From: an uncultured Gemmatimonadaceae bacterium
Lineage (GTDB): Bacteria > Gemmatimonadota > Gemmatimonadetes > Gemmatimonadales > Gemmatimonadaceae
Length of the DNA: 64,000 nt
Direction: 5' to 3'
Assembly (NCBI GenBank): GCA_963781585.1
Contig: CAWAGQ010000009.1
Span: 64,001 to 128,000 of the forward strand
Positions 9,998 to 19,865 of this stretch are shown in pieces. The notes beneath the pieces were generated by a model. It saw only the letters and a list, made by a program, of their open reading frames with translations, ran no database searches and had not been told where the DNA came from. The position numbers were made by a program, and so were the translations under genes. The first letter of the stretch is position 1; every line of letters begins with the position of its first letter.

Positions 9998-10750
9998 CTA
10001 CACGGCCGCCGTCGATTGCGCGATGGTCCGTTCGCGCGCCATCCGCTTGCGCCGTGTGGCCGTCGCGGCCGACACCCGGTATCCCAGCAGCGCCGTGAAG
10101 ATGACGGCGAAGATGAGGGGGTCGGTGATGTCGCGTTTCACGGACATCCAGAAGTGGATCGTGCCCAGGACAGCGGAGGCGTAGACCGTGCGGTGGAGGG
10201 CATTCCAGCGCTTGCTCCCGAGCCACCGGATCGACGCCTTGGTGGACGTGAGTGCGAGCGGCACCAGCAGGAGGAAGCCGATCATCCCGAGCGTGATGTA
10301 CTTCCGCTTCATGACGTCTGCTACGAGGTCGGCCCAACGCAGCTCCACATCGAGCACGAAGTAGATGGTGAGGTGTGAGACGATGTAGAGGAACGCGAAG
10401 AGCCCGAAGATGCGGCGGTAGGGGATGAGCCATCCTTGCCGGGTGAGGCGGATGGCGGGGGTCACAGCGAGGCAGGCGGCGAGGAATCGCAGATTCCAGT
10501 CGCCGGTGAAGTGCTCCATCGCCTTGATGGGGTTGGCGCCGAAGTGGCGCGTGCCGGCGTAGTAGTCGGAGAGGAAGCCGAAGACGAGCCAGGCGAAGGG
10601 CAGGAAGCCGGCGGCGATGACGAGCGGTTTGAGCCAGCGCGGGGGTTTGATGGCGCGCGCGTTGGAACGGTGACGCGCTGTTGCGGCATCGGCACCATAT
10701 TCTGTTTTGGGGGGGGCCCCCCGCGCTTCCATCGTCCGCGGCGCCGTCAT
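9998..10750 (-). CDS. msrQ: Protein-methionine-sulfoxide reductase heme-binding subunit
   Basis: EHFTGDW, RRIFGLFAFLY..SHL, LALTS and WNALHRTVY..IHF motifs. The ATG at 10750 overlaps the msrP stop (TGATG). Confidence 0.92.
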   Translation of the reverse strand: MTAPRTMEARGAPPKTEYGADAATARHRSNARAIKPPRWLKPLVIAAGFLPFAWLVFGFLSDYYAGTRHFGANPIKAMEHFTGDWNLRFLAACLAVTPAIRLTRQGWLIPYRRIFGLFAFLYIVSHLTIYFVLDVELRWADLVADVMKRKYITLGMIGFLLLVPLALTSTKASIRWLGSKRWNALHRTVYASAVLGTIHFWMSVKRDITDPLIFAVIFTALLGYRVSAATATRRKRMARERTIAQSTAAV

Positions 10751-11748
10751 CAGTAATAGCGGCGCAAATCCATTCCGGCGTAGAGCCTCGCCACCTGGTC
10801 CGCGTAGCCGTTGAACATCAGTGTCGGCTTCGACCGGAAACTGCCGATGATGCGCTCCCGGGCCTGGCTCCACCGGGGATGGTCCACCTCGGGATTCACG
10901 TTCGCGTAGAACCCGTACTCGTTAGGCGCGGCCACGTTCCATGCCGTCCTCGGCTCCTTGTCGGTGAGCCGGATCTTCACAATCGACTTGCATCCCTTGA
11001 ACCCGTACTTCCACGGCACCACGTGGCGCAGCGGCGCACCGTTCTGGCCCGGCAGCATCTTCCCGTACACTCCCACCACGAACAACGCCAGCGGATGCAT
11101 CGCCTCATCCATCCGCAGCCCTTCCACGTAGGGCCACTCCAGCACCGGAATCCGTTGACCGGGCATCTGCTTCGGATCGTAGAGCGTCGTCAGCTCGACA
11201 TACTTTGCCGAGGGCTGCGGCTGCGCCGCCTTGAGCAGATCGGCCATCGGGAAGCCCATCCACGGAATGACCATCGACCACGCCTCCACACAACGGTGCC
11301 GGTAGATCCGCTCCTCCAGCTTGTACGGCTTGATGAAGTCCTCGAGATGGTAGTCCGCCGGCTTCGCCACCATCCCTTCCACCCGCACCGTCCACGGCGT
11401 GGTGCGGAAGTTCTTCGCGTTGGCCGCGGGATCTTCCTTGTCCGTCCCGAACTCATAGAAGTTGTTGTAGCCGGTCACGTCGTCCAGTGACGTCAGTTCC
11501 TTCCTCAGCTCGGCGCCGAACTCCGGGGTGCCCTGGCCGCCCGGTGTGGGCTCCGCGTCACCCGGGACGCTGCCCCCGACGCCGCGCACCGCGTCGAGGG
11601 CGCGAGCCAGAGCCGGTGCGGCCACGCTGGCGGCGGCGATTCCGAGCAGGCCGGCCTTCCGCAGGAAATCGCGGCGCCCATGATATGTCGCCTCGTCAGT
11701 GATCTCCGACGAGCGGACCGGATGCGGCGGAGTGACACGAATCAGCAT
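10750..11748 (-). CDS. msrP: Protein-methionine-sulfoxide reductase catalytic molybdo-subunit
   Basis: Tat signal [41 protein letters not shown] and HPRWSQARE motifs. Confidence 0.97.
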   Translation of the reverse strand: MLIRVTPPHPVRSSEITDEATYHGRRDFLRKAGLLGIAAASVAAPALARALDAVRGVGGSVPGDAEPTPGGQGTPEFGAELRKELTSLDDVTGYNNFYEFGTDKEDPAANAKNFRTTPWTVRVEGMVAKPADYHLEDFIKPYKLEERIYRHRCVEAWSMVIPWMGFPMADLLKAAQPQPSAKYVELTTLYDPKQMPGQRIPVLEWPYVEGLRMDEAMHPLALFVVGVYGKMLPGQNGAPLRHVVPWKYGFKGCKSIVKIRLTDKEPRTAWNVAAPNEYGFYANVNPEVDHPRWSQARERIIGSFRSKPTLMFNGYADQVARLYAGMDLRRYY

Positions 11749-11848
11749 GAAACACGCTCCTCACGGTGCAGGTCCTTCCCACAAGGCCAGGGCGCGACGG
11801 CGCCACAGGCTACTTATCGCCAAATCGTCGCCTGAGGTTCCCGTATCG

Positions 11849-12352
11849 TCAAACGGCCGGCGGCTGCATGCCCCACCGGGCCCACGACTGCTTCGACGGT
11901 CCCACCACATCGGGCACCTCGCATCCCGCCTGACGCATGAGCACGGTCATCTGGCCGCGGTGATGCGCTTCGTGCACGATCATGGCGAGGAGCGTGTATC
12001 CCCTCGTCCAGGGCTCTCCGTACATGTCGTCCACCACGCGCAGCGTTTCGTCGTTCCATTTCCCCGTGACTTGTGATAGAGTCGAAAGGCTCGCCGTGGC
12101 GTAGGCGTCCGCAACCTCCTTCGCCGTGGCCGGGACCGGTGCCCGCACCGGCGGACCCGCGATCTCGAGCCCGGTGCGCCGCATGGTGTCACCGACGCTG
12201 GTTGTAAGGTGCCAGGCGATCCGGCCGAGCGTGCGATAGCCTTCGGCCACGACTTGAGCGAGCGAGGCGTCGGTGAGGGCGTTCATGAGGCGTTGCGTGG
12301 CAGTAATCTGGTTTTCGTACGCCCCGCGAAAGGAGGCGATCGTCTCGAACAT
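11849..12352 (-). CDS. DinB family protein
   Basis: RTLGRIAWH and HEAHHRGQMTVLMRQAG motifs; start taken at MFETIAS. Confidence 0.88.
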   Translation of the reverse strand: MFETIASFRGAYENQITATQRLMNALTDASLAQVVAEGYRTLGRIAWHLTTSVGDTMRRTGLEIAGPPVRAPVPATAKEVADAYATASLSTLSQVTGKWNDETLRVVDDMYGEPWTRGYTLLAMIVHEAHHRGQMTVLMRQAGCEVPDVVGPSKQSWARWGMQPPAV

Positions 12353-12468
12353 GGTCTTCCTCGTGGAGTGATCCCCACGGAACAAGGCATCCCGGCACCG
12401 AATCGTGCAACGGCAGCGCAGCGGCATACGCGCCGTTCATCCCTGTTGACCTGAACTCTTCGCGACTC

Positions 12469-13578
12469 GTGGTCACAACGTTCCTGGGAAATTCCCTCAT
12501 CGACTGGATCAGAGCGGGCGTGGTCTTCACGCTCGTTCTGGTGGGGCTGCTCACCGCGCGCCGCGTCATCGTAGGCCGCCTCGAAGCCATCGCGAAAAAG
12601 ACGACGACCGACGTCGACGACTTCTTCGTCAGCCTGCTCCGGAGCATCCGGCCGTATCTGATCGTCGCGCTGGCGCTCGCCACCGCGGCGCGTGTCCTGG
12701 TCTTCCCCAGCGGTGTCACCGCGTCGGTGGACAAATGGATCCACGTGATCACGCAGCTGGCGATTCTCCTCCAGGTGGGCCTGTGGGGGAACGCGCTCAT
12801 CGCGTACTGGATCCGGCACTGGGCAGAACGGCGCGTCGGCGAGAGCGTCAGCATCACGACGCTGGCTGCCTTCGGCGCGCTGGCGCGCGTCGCCGTATGG
12901 CTGCTCCTCGCCCTGTTCGCGCTGCGGAACACCTTCGGACAGGAGATCACACCGCTCATCACCGGTCTGGGCATCGGCGGCGTGGCCGTGGCCCTGGCGG
13001 TGCAGAATATCCTCGGCGACATCTTCGCCGCGCTCGCGATCGTGGTGGACAAGCCCTTTCTGGTCGGTGAGGCGATGACGGTAGGCGACCTGACAGGCAT
13101 CGTGGAGCACATCGGCCTCAAGACCACGCGTCTGCGCAGCGTGAACGGCGAACAGCTGGTGTTCTCCAACAGCGACCTGCTCCAGTCGCGAATGCGCAAC
13201 TGGTCGCGAATGCGGGAACGGCGCGTCGTCTTTTCGATCGGCGTGACCTATGACACGAGCCCGGCGCTGGCGCGCCACATACCCGATCTGGTGCGCGACA
13301 TCGTCAGCGCCACCGACAAGGCCCGGTTCGACCGGTGCCATTTCGTCGCGTACGGCGATTCCTCGCTCAATTACGAGATCGTGTACTGGGTCACGACGCC
13401 AGACTACCTGGACTACCGCAACACGCTGCACGCGGTCAACGTGGGAATCCTCGCCAGGTTCGCGGAGGTCGGCATCGAGTTCGCGTTCCCGACGCGAACC
13501 CTGCAGATCCAGTCACCGGAGCGTGCAATTGCCGCCGACGGCGCCCCGCAGGCCCCGTCGTCAGCGCCCCGCGCCTAG
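12469..13578 (+). CDS. Small-conductance mechanosensitive channel (MscS family)
   Basis: GLGIGGVAVALAVQNILGDIF, DKPFLVGE, GLKTTRLRS and IEFAFPT motifs. Confidence 0.93.
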   Translation: MVTTFLGNSLIDWIRAGVVFTLVLVGLLTARRVIVGRLEAIAKKTTTDVDDFFVSLLRSIRPYLIVALALATAARVLVFPSGVTASVDKWIHVITQLAILLQVGLWGNALIAYWIRHWAERRVGESVSITTLAAFGALARVAVWLLLALFALRNTFGQEITPLITGLGIGGVAVALAVQNILGDIFAALAIVVDKPFLVGEAMTVGDLTGIVEHIGLKTTRLRSVNGEQLVFSNSDLLQSRMRNWSRMRERRVVFSIGVTYDTSPALARHIPDLVRDIVSATDKARFDRCHFVAYGDSSLNYEIVYWVTTPDYLDYRNTLHAVNVGILARFAEVGIEFAFPTRTLQIQSPERAIAADGAPQAPSSAPRA

Positions 13579-15920
13579 CGCCCAGCCATGCACCGGTCCA
13601 GGGCGGCACCGCCAGGAGGCGACGGGAAGGCCGTGCGCGCCTCGCCGGCTCGCTCACCGGCCAGAGCGCGCCAGAGAATGGCATCTCGCAGATCCCGCAG
13701 CATCGCCTCGGTGAGCTCAGGGTTCCACGGCGGTCCGTCGAACACCCGCAGCGGCCCGCTACCCGCCGGGGCGTAGTGGCTGGCAAACGCCCGCCACCTC
13801 CGCACCACGCCGCGCGCACGCGCCTCGGCCGCCAGGCCGATCATGGTCCGCGCCGCGCGACCATCCGTGCTGCGGTCGGCGTAGGCATCCACCAGGCACT
13901 CCCACGCCCCGGACGACCCCGCCTCGCTCCGGAATAGCGCCGTCGCCGCATCCGTGGCGGAGAAGGCGAAGGTCGACGGGTGATGCAGATCGATGGCCGA
14001 GATCGGCGCCTCGAGCACGTCACGCACCAGCTCCTGCACCGAGTACCGTCGATCGGCCCCGTACCGGTCCGAATACCATTCCCGCAATTCCGCCGGGACA
14101 ATCGTCATTCCCTCGAGCGCGCTGAGCGTGGCACTCCCACCGTCGTGCGCCAGTTCAGGCGACATGGCCGATCCGTATCCTGTGAGCATCGCGTCCTGCA
14201 CGGCACTCAGATAGCCGTTCATGCGTCCGTCGCGTGACAGGGAGGCACTGACGAACCAGTCCACGCTCCGCGCAAAAACTTCGGTCGGACGCGTCCGCGG
14301 GTCGGTACGCCCGTACAGCGTGTCGGGCCTGAGAGCACTCGCCATCTGTCGAAGCGCACCAGCCAGCAGATCGGTAGACTGCCGCACCGCACGGTCGGTG
14401 CGATACCCCACGGTGCTGCCGTAGTAATGCCGAGCCGCGAGCCAATCGAGGTCGTGCGCGAGCTCGTGCGCCATCACGCCCGCGCTGCTCGCCACCGGGA
14501 AGTAGATCGTGCGGCTCACGGGATCGTGAAGCGCGAGCGCGCGCTCGTGCAGCGGGCTGTCGCCGAAGTGCACGTGCAACCCGTGGGGATCGTACGCCGG
14601 GAAGACGCGGCGGAAGTCGTCCAGCGCATTGGCCAGATTCCGCCGGAGGTATGCCCGCCAATCGGTCGGAACGTCGCGATCGAAGGACAACGACACTCCA
14701 TAGCGCAATTGCAGGTCACGCGCACCCGGTGCCTCGTCGTCGGGCAACCACGCCCTTTCCTGCGCGTATGGCCGAAGCGAGACGCTTGCGGTCAACACGG
14801 CCGCCGCAGCAACCGGAGTTGGCCGGTCCAGTCGGCTCCTCAACAGGGCGAATTCCGCCGCCAGCGTCTCCTCGCTCCGTGCCATGGCGACGAACCGCTG
14901 CATCACGCCGCGCTCAACCATTGACGTCAGTGTGCGAGCCGCCAAAGGACCATACCCGGTGACTGTGACCGTCACCGGGGCCTCGGGCGGACTGCCTCTG
15001 CTCTGCGCAATGGCGGCCATTCGCCGCGCGACTCCTTCGCCCGGGCGGGCGAGTGCCGGCGCATGTTCCGAGCTGGCGGTCGAGGCCGCGGCTCGGCGCT
15101 CATCGTTGTCATCCACGAACGACGTATCCAGACCTGCCAGTGCGTCGATCCTCGCTACGATTCCCGCAACGTCGTCGACGGCCGCGCGCTCGGCACGCGG
15201 TGGCAACGGGTCGATGAGCGGACGCTCCACCGCGAAATGCCGCGAGTCGCGCCAGACCCGGAGCAGCACGAACGGGTCAGCGTTCGCGTCCTCGGCGGCT
15301 TCGATCAGGCGCTGAGCGTCGCGCATCGCAAGTACGCGATCCCGAATCTGCGCCGCGGCGCATGAGGCCAGCTCGATTGCCCGGGGGGCCGCACCCTCGG
15401 TTGCAACGGCGAGCTGATAGGCCAACCGCACCGCCAGCTCGCCCGTGCGCGGATCGTGCTCCCGGCGCACGGCCGCTTCGATGAGGGAGAGATGCTGGGC
15501 GCCCGCGCCCCCTTCCCGTGCCTCGGCATCCGGGCTGGCCATGTCCAGCGCGCCGGGATCGATCTGATAGCCCTGTCCGGACAGCGTACGCGCCAGCAGG
15601 GAAAAAGCCAGCTGCCGGCGCCGCGACGTCTCCACCGAGGAGTCGCGCAGCACCTGGTCGATCAGTCGGAAGGGACTCCCCACCCCAAGTCGCTGCCGCT
15701 CCAGATAGAGCGCCATCAGCGCGTCCGATGCCGGGATGGCGTTCGCCGGTTGGACCGACAGCGCCAGCTCCAGCGAGTCAGCGAAGCGTTCGCCCTGAAG
15801 AAGCTGGGGGCGGTATGAGACACGATCGGACCGGGACGCCGAACGCACGGCGAGCACGCCCAAGGCGGCCGCGGCTACCGCCGCGCATCCGATTGCCAGA
15901 AGCCACTTCGACTGTCTCAC
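13575..15920 (-). CDS. Large hypothetical exported protein with a zincin-like HExxH motif
   Basis: 781 aa; N-terminal hydrophobic anchor or signal; MAHELAHDLD with a downstream PTEVFAR. Confidence 0.7.
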   Translation of the reverse strand: MRQSKWLLAIGCAAVAAAALGVLAVRSASRSDRVSYRPQLLQGERFADSLELALSVQPANAIPASDALMALYLERQRLGVGSPFRLIDQVLRDSSVETSRRRQLAFSLLARTLSGQGYQIDPGALDMASPDAEAREGGAGAQHLSLIEAAVRREHDPRTGELAVRLAYQLAVATEGAAPRAIELASCAAAQIRDRVLAMRDAQRLIEAAEDANADPFVLLRVWRDSRHFAVERPLIDPLPPRAERAAVDDVAGIVARIDALAGLDTSFVDDNDERRAAASTASSEHAPALARPGEGVARRMAAIAQSRGSPPEAPVTVTVTGYGPLAARTLTSMVERGVMQRFVAMARSEETLAAEFALLRSRLDRPTPVAAAAVLTASVSLRPYAQERAWLPDDEAPGARDLQLRYGVSLSFDRDVPTDWRAYLRRNLANALDDFRRVFPAYDPHGLHVHFGDSPLHERALALHDPVSRTIYFPVASSAGVMAHELAHDLDWLAARHYYGSTVGYRTDRAVRQSTDLLAGALRQMASALRPDTLYGRTDPRTRPTEVFARSVDWFVSASLSRDGRMNGYLSAVQDAMLTGYGSAMSPELAHDGGSATLSALEGMTIVPAELREWYSDRYGADRRYSVQELVRDVLEAPISAIDLHHPSTFAFSATDAATALFRSEAGSSGAWECLVDAYADRSTDGRAARTMIGLAAEARARGVVRRWRAFASHYAPAGSGPLRVFDGPPWNPELTEAMLRDLRDAILWRALAGERAGEARTAFPSPPGGAALDRCMAGR

Positions 15921-16122
15921 TGCAACACCATCAGAATGTCCCGCTCATCCGTGGGTTCGAACCCAAATGGTCGTTCTGTCCCCTTGTCCGCCTGCTGGCC
16001 AGCCGGAACCGGGTGACCGACGTCCGCATGCAGATTCGACAGATGAACCCCGGAATTGGTCACCCGCCAATCATACATCGGTTCCCGGCACTGCTGACCG
16101 CGGCGATTACCTTTACCTCACA

Positions 16123-16788
16123 TTGCGCCCTGCTTCCGCCCTCCTCGGACCAGCCATCCTTCCTGGCCTTCCTCTGTTTTCACGCCCTCGCATCCTCTCC
16201 CTTGCGCTCGCCCCGATTCTGGGGTTCGCGGGCAGGCGACTCCCGGCACAGGCTCCGCCGACGTCACACATCGGACTCGAGGCGATCGGCGCGTTGGGGA
16301 TTCACATTGGCCGAGCCTCCGTCGTGCACTCCGCGAGCGGGTTCGACGCCGGTGGCGTGATCGACATCGGCTGGATCCGGTCACCGCGATTCCGGATGCA
16401 GGGAGAATTGGACTGGCTTCGGGCGACGCTCGACGAATTCGTCGCGGCCGACGACAAGAACTATCACGGACACTTCTACGACCTCAGTGGATCAGTGTCG
16501 GGGGTTCTGCTGGGCGGCGGGACGCGCAGTCGCCTGGTGCCCTACGTGGAAGCCGGGGTGGGCGTTCACGCGCTGTCCAGCAGCTTCGGGACGCTCACCT
16601 TGGACGAGCGGTACAATGCGAATCCGTTTGGAGCGCATGTGGGCGCCGGAATGAGGGTCTGGTTGTCGTCCACGGGAAGGCAGGGTGCGTCGCTGGACAT
16701 TCGGCGCGTGATTGCGCAGAACGTGAATCGAACCAGCGTGCGCATTGGCGCGCTGTTCCTGTTTGGGGACCTGGTGCGGCCGCGCTGA
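16123..16788 (+). CDS. Probable small outer-membrane beta-barrel protein
   Basis: Alternating beta-strand pattern; LVPYVEAGVGVH and FGAHVGAGMRV. Start uncertain: TTG 16123 chosen, ORF is open from 15967. Confidence 0.6.
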   Translation: MRPASALLGPAILPGLPLFSRPRILSLALAPILGFAGRRLPAQAPPTSHIGLEAIGALGIHIGRASVVHSASGFDAGGVIDIGWIRSPRFRMQGELDWLRATLDEFVAADDKNYHGHFYDLSGSVSGVLLGGGTRSRLVPYVEAGVGVHALSSSFGTLTLDERYNANPFGAHVGAGMRVWLSSTGRQGASLDIRRVIAQNVNRTSVRIGALFLFGDLVRPR

Positions 16789-16811
16789 AAGGCAGTGGAG
16801 AGCACTTCAGC

Positions 16812-16856
16812 TTGACACTCATACGCTTGCCGGTAATGATACATACGTATGAATCA
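16812..16856 (+). promoter_or_regulatory. sigma70-type promoter with an overlapping palindromic operator for the TetR-efflux operon
   Basis: TTGACA (16812-17), 17-bp spacer, AATGAT (16835-40). Palindrome TGATACATAC-GTATGAATCA (16837-56, 9/10 pairs) spans the ATG. Confidence 0.7.
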
Positions 16857-17466
16857 GACCAAGCCGGTCTCCGAACGCCTCGTCACCGCTGCCCGCGAAC
16901 TGTTCACCCGCAAGGGATTCGAGGAAACGTCGGTCCGTGAGATCACGACCCACGCCGAGGCCAACCTCGGAGCCATCACCTACCACTTCGGTTCCAAGGA
17001 AGCTCTCTTCCACGCGGCGATAGAGAGCGTGGTGGAACCCCTGGTCACCGCGGTGGCGTCCGCCGCCGAGGGTGACGGAAGCGCTCTCGACCGGATCGAG
17101 CAGATCGTCCGAGCCTTTCTCGCCCACGTCGAGCGGAATCCGTGGGCACCAGCGCTTCTGCTCCGCGAGCTGTCGAGCGACCGTCCCATCCCTCCCCCCA
17201 TCCGTCACGGCATGCAGCGGAACCTCGGCCTGCTCGTACGGACCATCACCGCCGGACAGGAAGAAGGCTCCATTCGCGCCGGCGATCCGCTGCTTCTCGC
17301 CCTGAGCGTCGTTGCCCAGCCGTTCTTCTTCACCGTGGCAGCGCGCCTGCTGCGCGAAGCTCTCGGGTTGGACCGCTCCGATCGCACGGCCTACACTCGA
17401 GCCACCGAACACATCGCGATGGGTGTCCGGCGCTTCCTCGCCGCCCATGTGGAACGTGAACCATGA
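16849..17466 (+). CDS. TetR/AcrR family regulator (CecR/YbiH-like position)
   Basis: N-terminal HTH ARELFTRKGFEETSVREIT..ANLGAITYHFGSKEAL. Confidence 0.93.
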   Translation: MNQTKPVSERLVTAARELFTRKGFEETSVREITTHAEANLGAITYHFGSKEALFHAAIESVVEPLVTAVASAAEGDGSALDRIEQIVRAFLAHVERNPWAPALLLRELSSDRPIPPPIRHGMQRNLGLLVRTITAGQEEGSIRAGDPLLLALSVVAQPFFFTVAARLLREALGLDRSDRTAYTRATEHIAMGVRRFLAAHVEREP

Positions 17467-18797
17467 TAGCCACCCTGTTTCTCGTCGCGGCCGCCTTCGC
17501 GCAGGACACCTCGCACCTGACGCTCTCGCAGGTGGTGGATCGCGCTCTTGCCACACATCCATCCGTTGCCGCGGCGCGGGCGCGGCGTGACCACGCCGCG
17601 GCCGAGGTGGGTGAGGCCCGCTCGACCACCAGACCCCGGCTCCTTCTCGACGCATCGGTGAACCAGTTCCAGGAGCCGATGGTCATCGCTCCGCTCCATC
17701 GATTCGATCCCCGGAATCCGCCCTTGTTCGATCGCACACTGGTGCAGTCGGCGCTCTCTCTGAACTGGACGGTCTTCGACTTCGGGAGCCGCGCTGCCGG
17801 TGTCCGTGCGCAGCGGGCGCTCGAAGACGCAGCCGACGACGCGGTCACCAGCGCTACATCGGATCTCATCGCGCAGACGGCCAACGCCTACCTGGAAGCG
17901 CTGACGGCGCGCGAGGTGCTGGCCGCGCAGGATCAGCGACTGACAGCGCTGTCGGCGGAAGCGGACCGCGTGGGCCAGCGACTCGCGCAGGGGAAGGCGG
18001 CCCAGGTCGAGCAGCTGCGTGTGACCGCCGCGTTGAAGCGCGCGGAGGCCGATCGGATTGCGGGAGCGTCGCGACTCGACGTCGCCGAGCGTCAGGTGGC
18101 ACAGCTGACCGATCTGCCGTACACCGACGTGCACCGTTCGACGTTAGGCGGACTGCGGCTGGCCGACACGGCGTTCGCTGCGGACACCACGGCCCGGCTC
18201 CGTGCGTCGCTGGTGGATGCGGCGGATCGGGCCAGCCCGCAGGTGCGGGAGCTGCAGGATCGGGTACGCGCCGCCGGTGCCGGACTCACCGCAGTCCGAG
18301 CCACCGCGCTCCCCGAGCTCCGGCTCGGCAGCGCGTACGTGGATCGCGGCCGGTGGTGGGCCGATTACCGGGCGGAATGGCAGGTCGGCCTGTCGGTCTC
18401 GTATTCGCTCTACGGGGGCGGCTCGCAGTCCAGCGCGATCCGGAAGGCCGCCGCTGACGATCGCGCCGCCGGCGAGCAGCTCCGATTGGCCCGGATGCGC
18501 GTGGACCAGGGCGTGGATCAGGCGCTGGCGGCGCTCCACGAGGCGCACGCGCGGGTCGCCGCGCTGCGCAGCGCGGTCGAGCAGTCGGCCGAGGTCGCGC
18601 GCATCGAACGCCTGGCGCTGGACGTGGGGTCGGGAACCCAGACGGACTATCTGGCGGGGGAAGCAGACCTGCTGGCGGCCAGAGCGAGTCTCGCCGAAGC
18701 GAACCAGGCGCAGATCTCGGCGCGGATCGAACTGGCGCGCGTCGGTGGCGAGCTCTCGCGGGACTGGCTCACTCGGGTACTGGAGGTGGCGCCATGA
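17463..18797 (+). CDS. TolC family outer-membrane efflux protein
   Basis: Signal peptide, duplicated OEP repeats, ATGA-coupled to tetR. Confidence 0.9.
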   Translation: MIATLFLVAAAFAQDTSHLTLSQVVDRALATHPSVAAARARRDHAAAEVGEARSTTRPRLLLDASVNQFQEPMVIAPLHRFDPRNPPLFDRTLVQSALSLNWTVFDFGSRAAGVRAQRALEDAADDAVTSATSDLIAQTANAYLEALTAREVLAAQDQRLTALSAEADRVGQRLAQGKAAQVEQLRVTAALKRAEADRIAGASRLDVAERQVAQLTDLPYTDVHRSTLGGLRLADTAFAADTTARLRASLVDAADRASPQVRELQDRVRAAGAGLTAVRATALPELRLGSAYVDRGRWWADYRAEWQVGLSVSYSLYGGGSQSSAIRKAAADDRAAGEQLRLARMRVDQGVDQALAALHEAHARVAALRSAVEQSAEVARIERLALDVGSGTQTDYLAGEADLLAARASLAEANQAQISARIELARVGGELSRDWLTRVLEVAP

Positions 18798-19792
18798 AGC
18801 GCGCACGCGTGGTGCCGGTGGTGCTTGCCGTCGTGGTGCTGGCGGTGGCGGCGTACGTCGTGTTCCTGCGGCCCCACCCGGACGCGAACGAACTGATGGC
18901 ATCCGGCACGGTCGAAGCCACGGAGGCGGGGCTCGGGACGCAAGCGCCTGGACGAATCGACAGCATTTTGGTTCGGGAGGGAGATCGGGTGCGCACCGGC
19001 CAGGAGTTGGTGGTGATGGACCGCGTGGAGCTGCGCGCGCGGGTCGCGCAGGGGCAGGCGCAGGAGGCCGCAGCGCGCGCGTTGCTGGCGGAGCTCGAGC
19101 GCGGATCGCGCCCGGAGGAAGTCGCGCAAGCACGTGAGGCAGCGCGTGCCACCGAGCAGCGCCTGGCCGATGCGCAACGCGACTTCGATCGGACCCAGCG
19201 ACTGCTGCAGGGAGGCGCGGTGTCGCAGGAGACGCTGGACAAGGCGAAGCTGGCGCTCGACGTGGCGCAGAGCCAGCGCGAACAGACCGCGCAGCAGTTG
19301 CAACTGGTGGAGACGGGACCGAGGCCCGAGCGGGTGGCGGCGCAGCGCGCGGCGGTGGCGCAGGCCGGGGCGATGGTGCAGCAGGCGGAGGCGGCGTTGT
19401 CGCACGCGGTAGTCCGCGCGCCGTTCGACGGCGTGGTGACGGTGCGCGACCGCGAGCCGGGCGAAACCGTGGGTGCCGGAGCACCGGTGGTCACGGTCAT
19501 GAACGTCGACGATCGCTGGGTGCGGATCTACGTCCGCGAGGACCGGCTGGGAGCCGTGCAGCTCGGGCAGACGGCGACGATTACGTCGGACACGTATCCG
19601 GGCAAGCAGTACACGGGAACGGTCTCGTATCTGTCGAGCGAGGCGGAGTTCACGCCCCGCAACGTGCAGACCACCGAGGAGCGCGTGAAGCTGGTGTACG
19701 CGGTCAAGGTGCGGATCACCGGCGACCCGGGGCACGAACTGAAGTCGGGGATGCCGGCGGACGTGCATCTGGACCTCCGCGGCGCGCAGTGA
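18794..19792 (+). CDS. HlyD family periplasmic adaptor (YbhG-like)
   Basis: ASGTVEATE, VRAPFDGVV, AEFTPRNVQT..ER..LVY and LKSGMPADV motifs. Confidence 0.93.
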   Translation: MKRARVVPVVLAVVVLAVAAYVVFLRPHPDANELMASGTVEATEAGLGTQAPGRIDSILVREGDRVRTGQELVVMDRVELRARVAQGQAQEAAARALLAELERGSRPEEVAQAREAARATEQRLADAQRDFDRTQRLLQGGAVSQETLDKAKLALDVAQSQREQTAQQLQLVETGPRPERVAAQRAAVAQAGAMVQQAEAALSHAVVRAPFDGVVTVRDREPGETVGAGAPVVTVMNVDDRWVRIYVREDRLGAVQLGQTATITSDTYPGKQYTGTVSYLSSEAEFTPRNVQTTEERVKLVYAVKVRITGDPGHELKSGMPADVHLDLRGAQ

Positions 19793-19803
19793 GCGGCCGC
19801 GCG

Positions 19804-19838
19804 GAGACCAGAGGTCGGAGGTCGGAGACCGGACGGGA
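19804..19838. repeat. Degenerate 7-nt tandem repeat (GAGACCA GAGGTCG GAGGTCG GAGACCG GACGGGA)
   Basis: Read directly in the hlyD-ATPase spacer. Confidence 0.6.
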
Positions 19839-19865
19839 GCCGCTGTCTGGTGACGAGAAAGTGCG

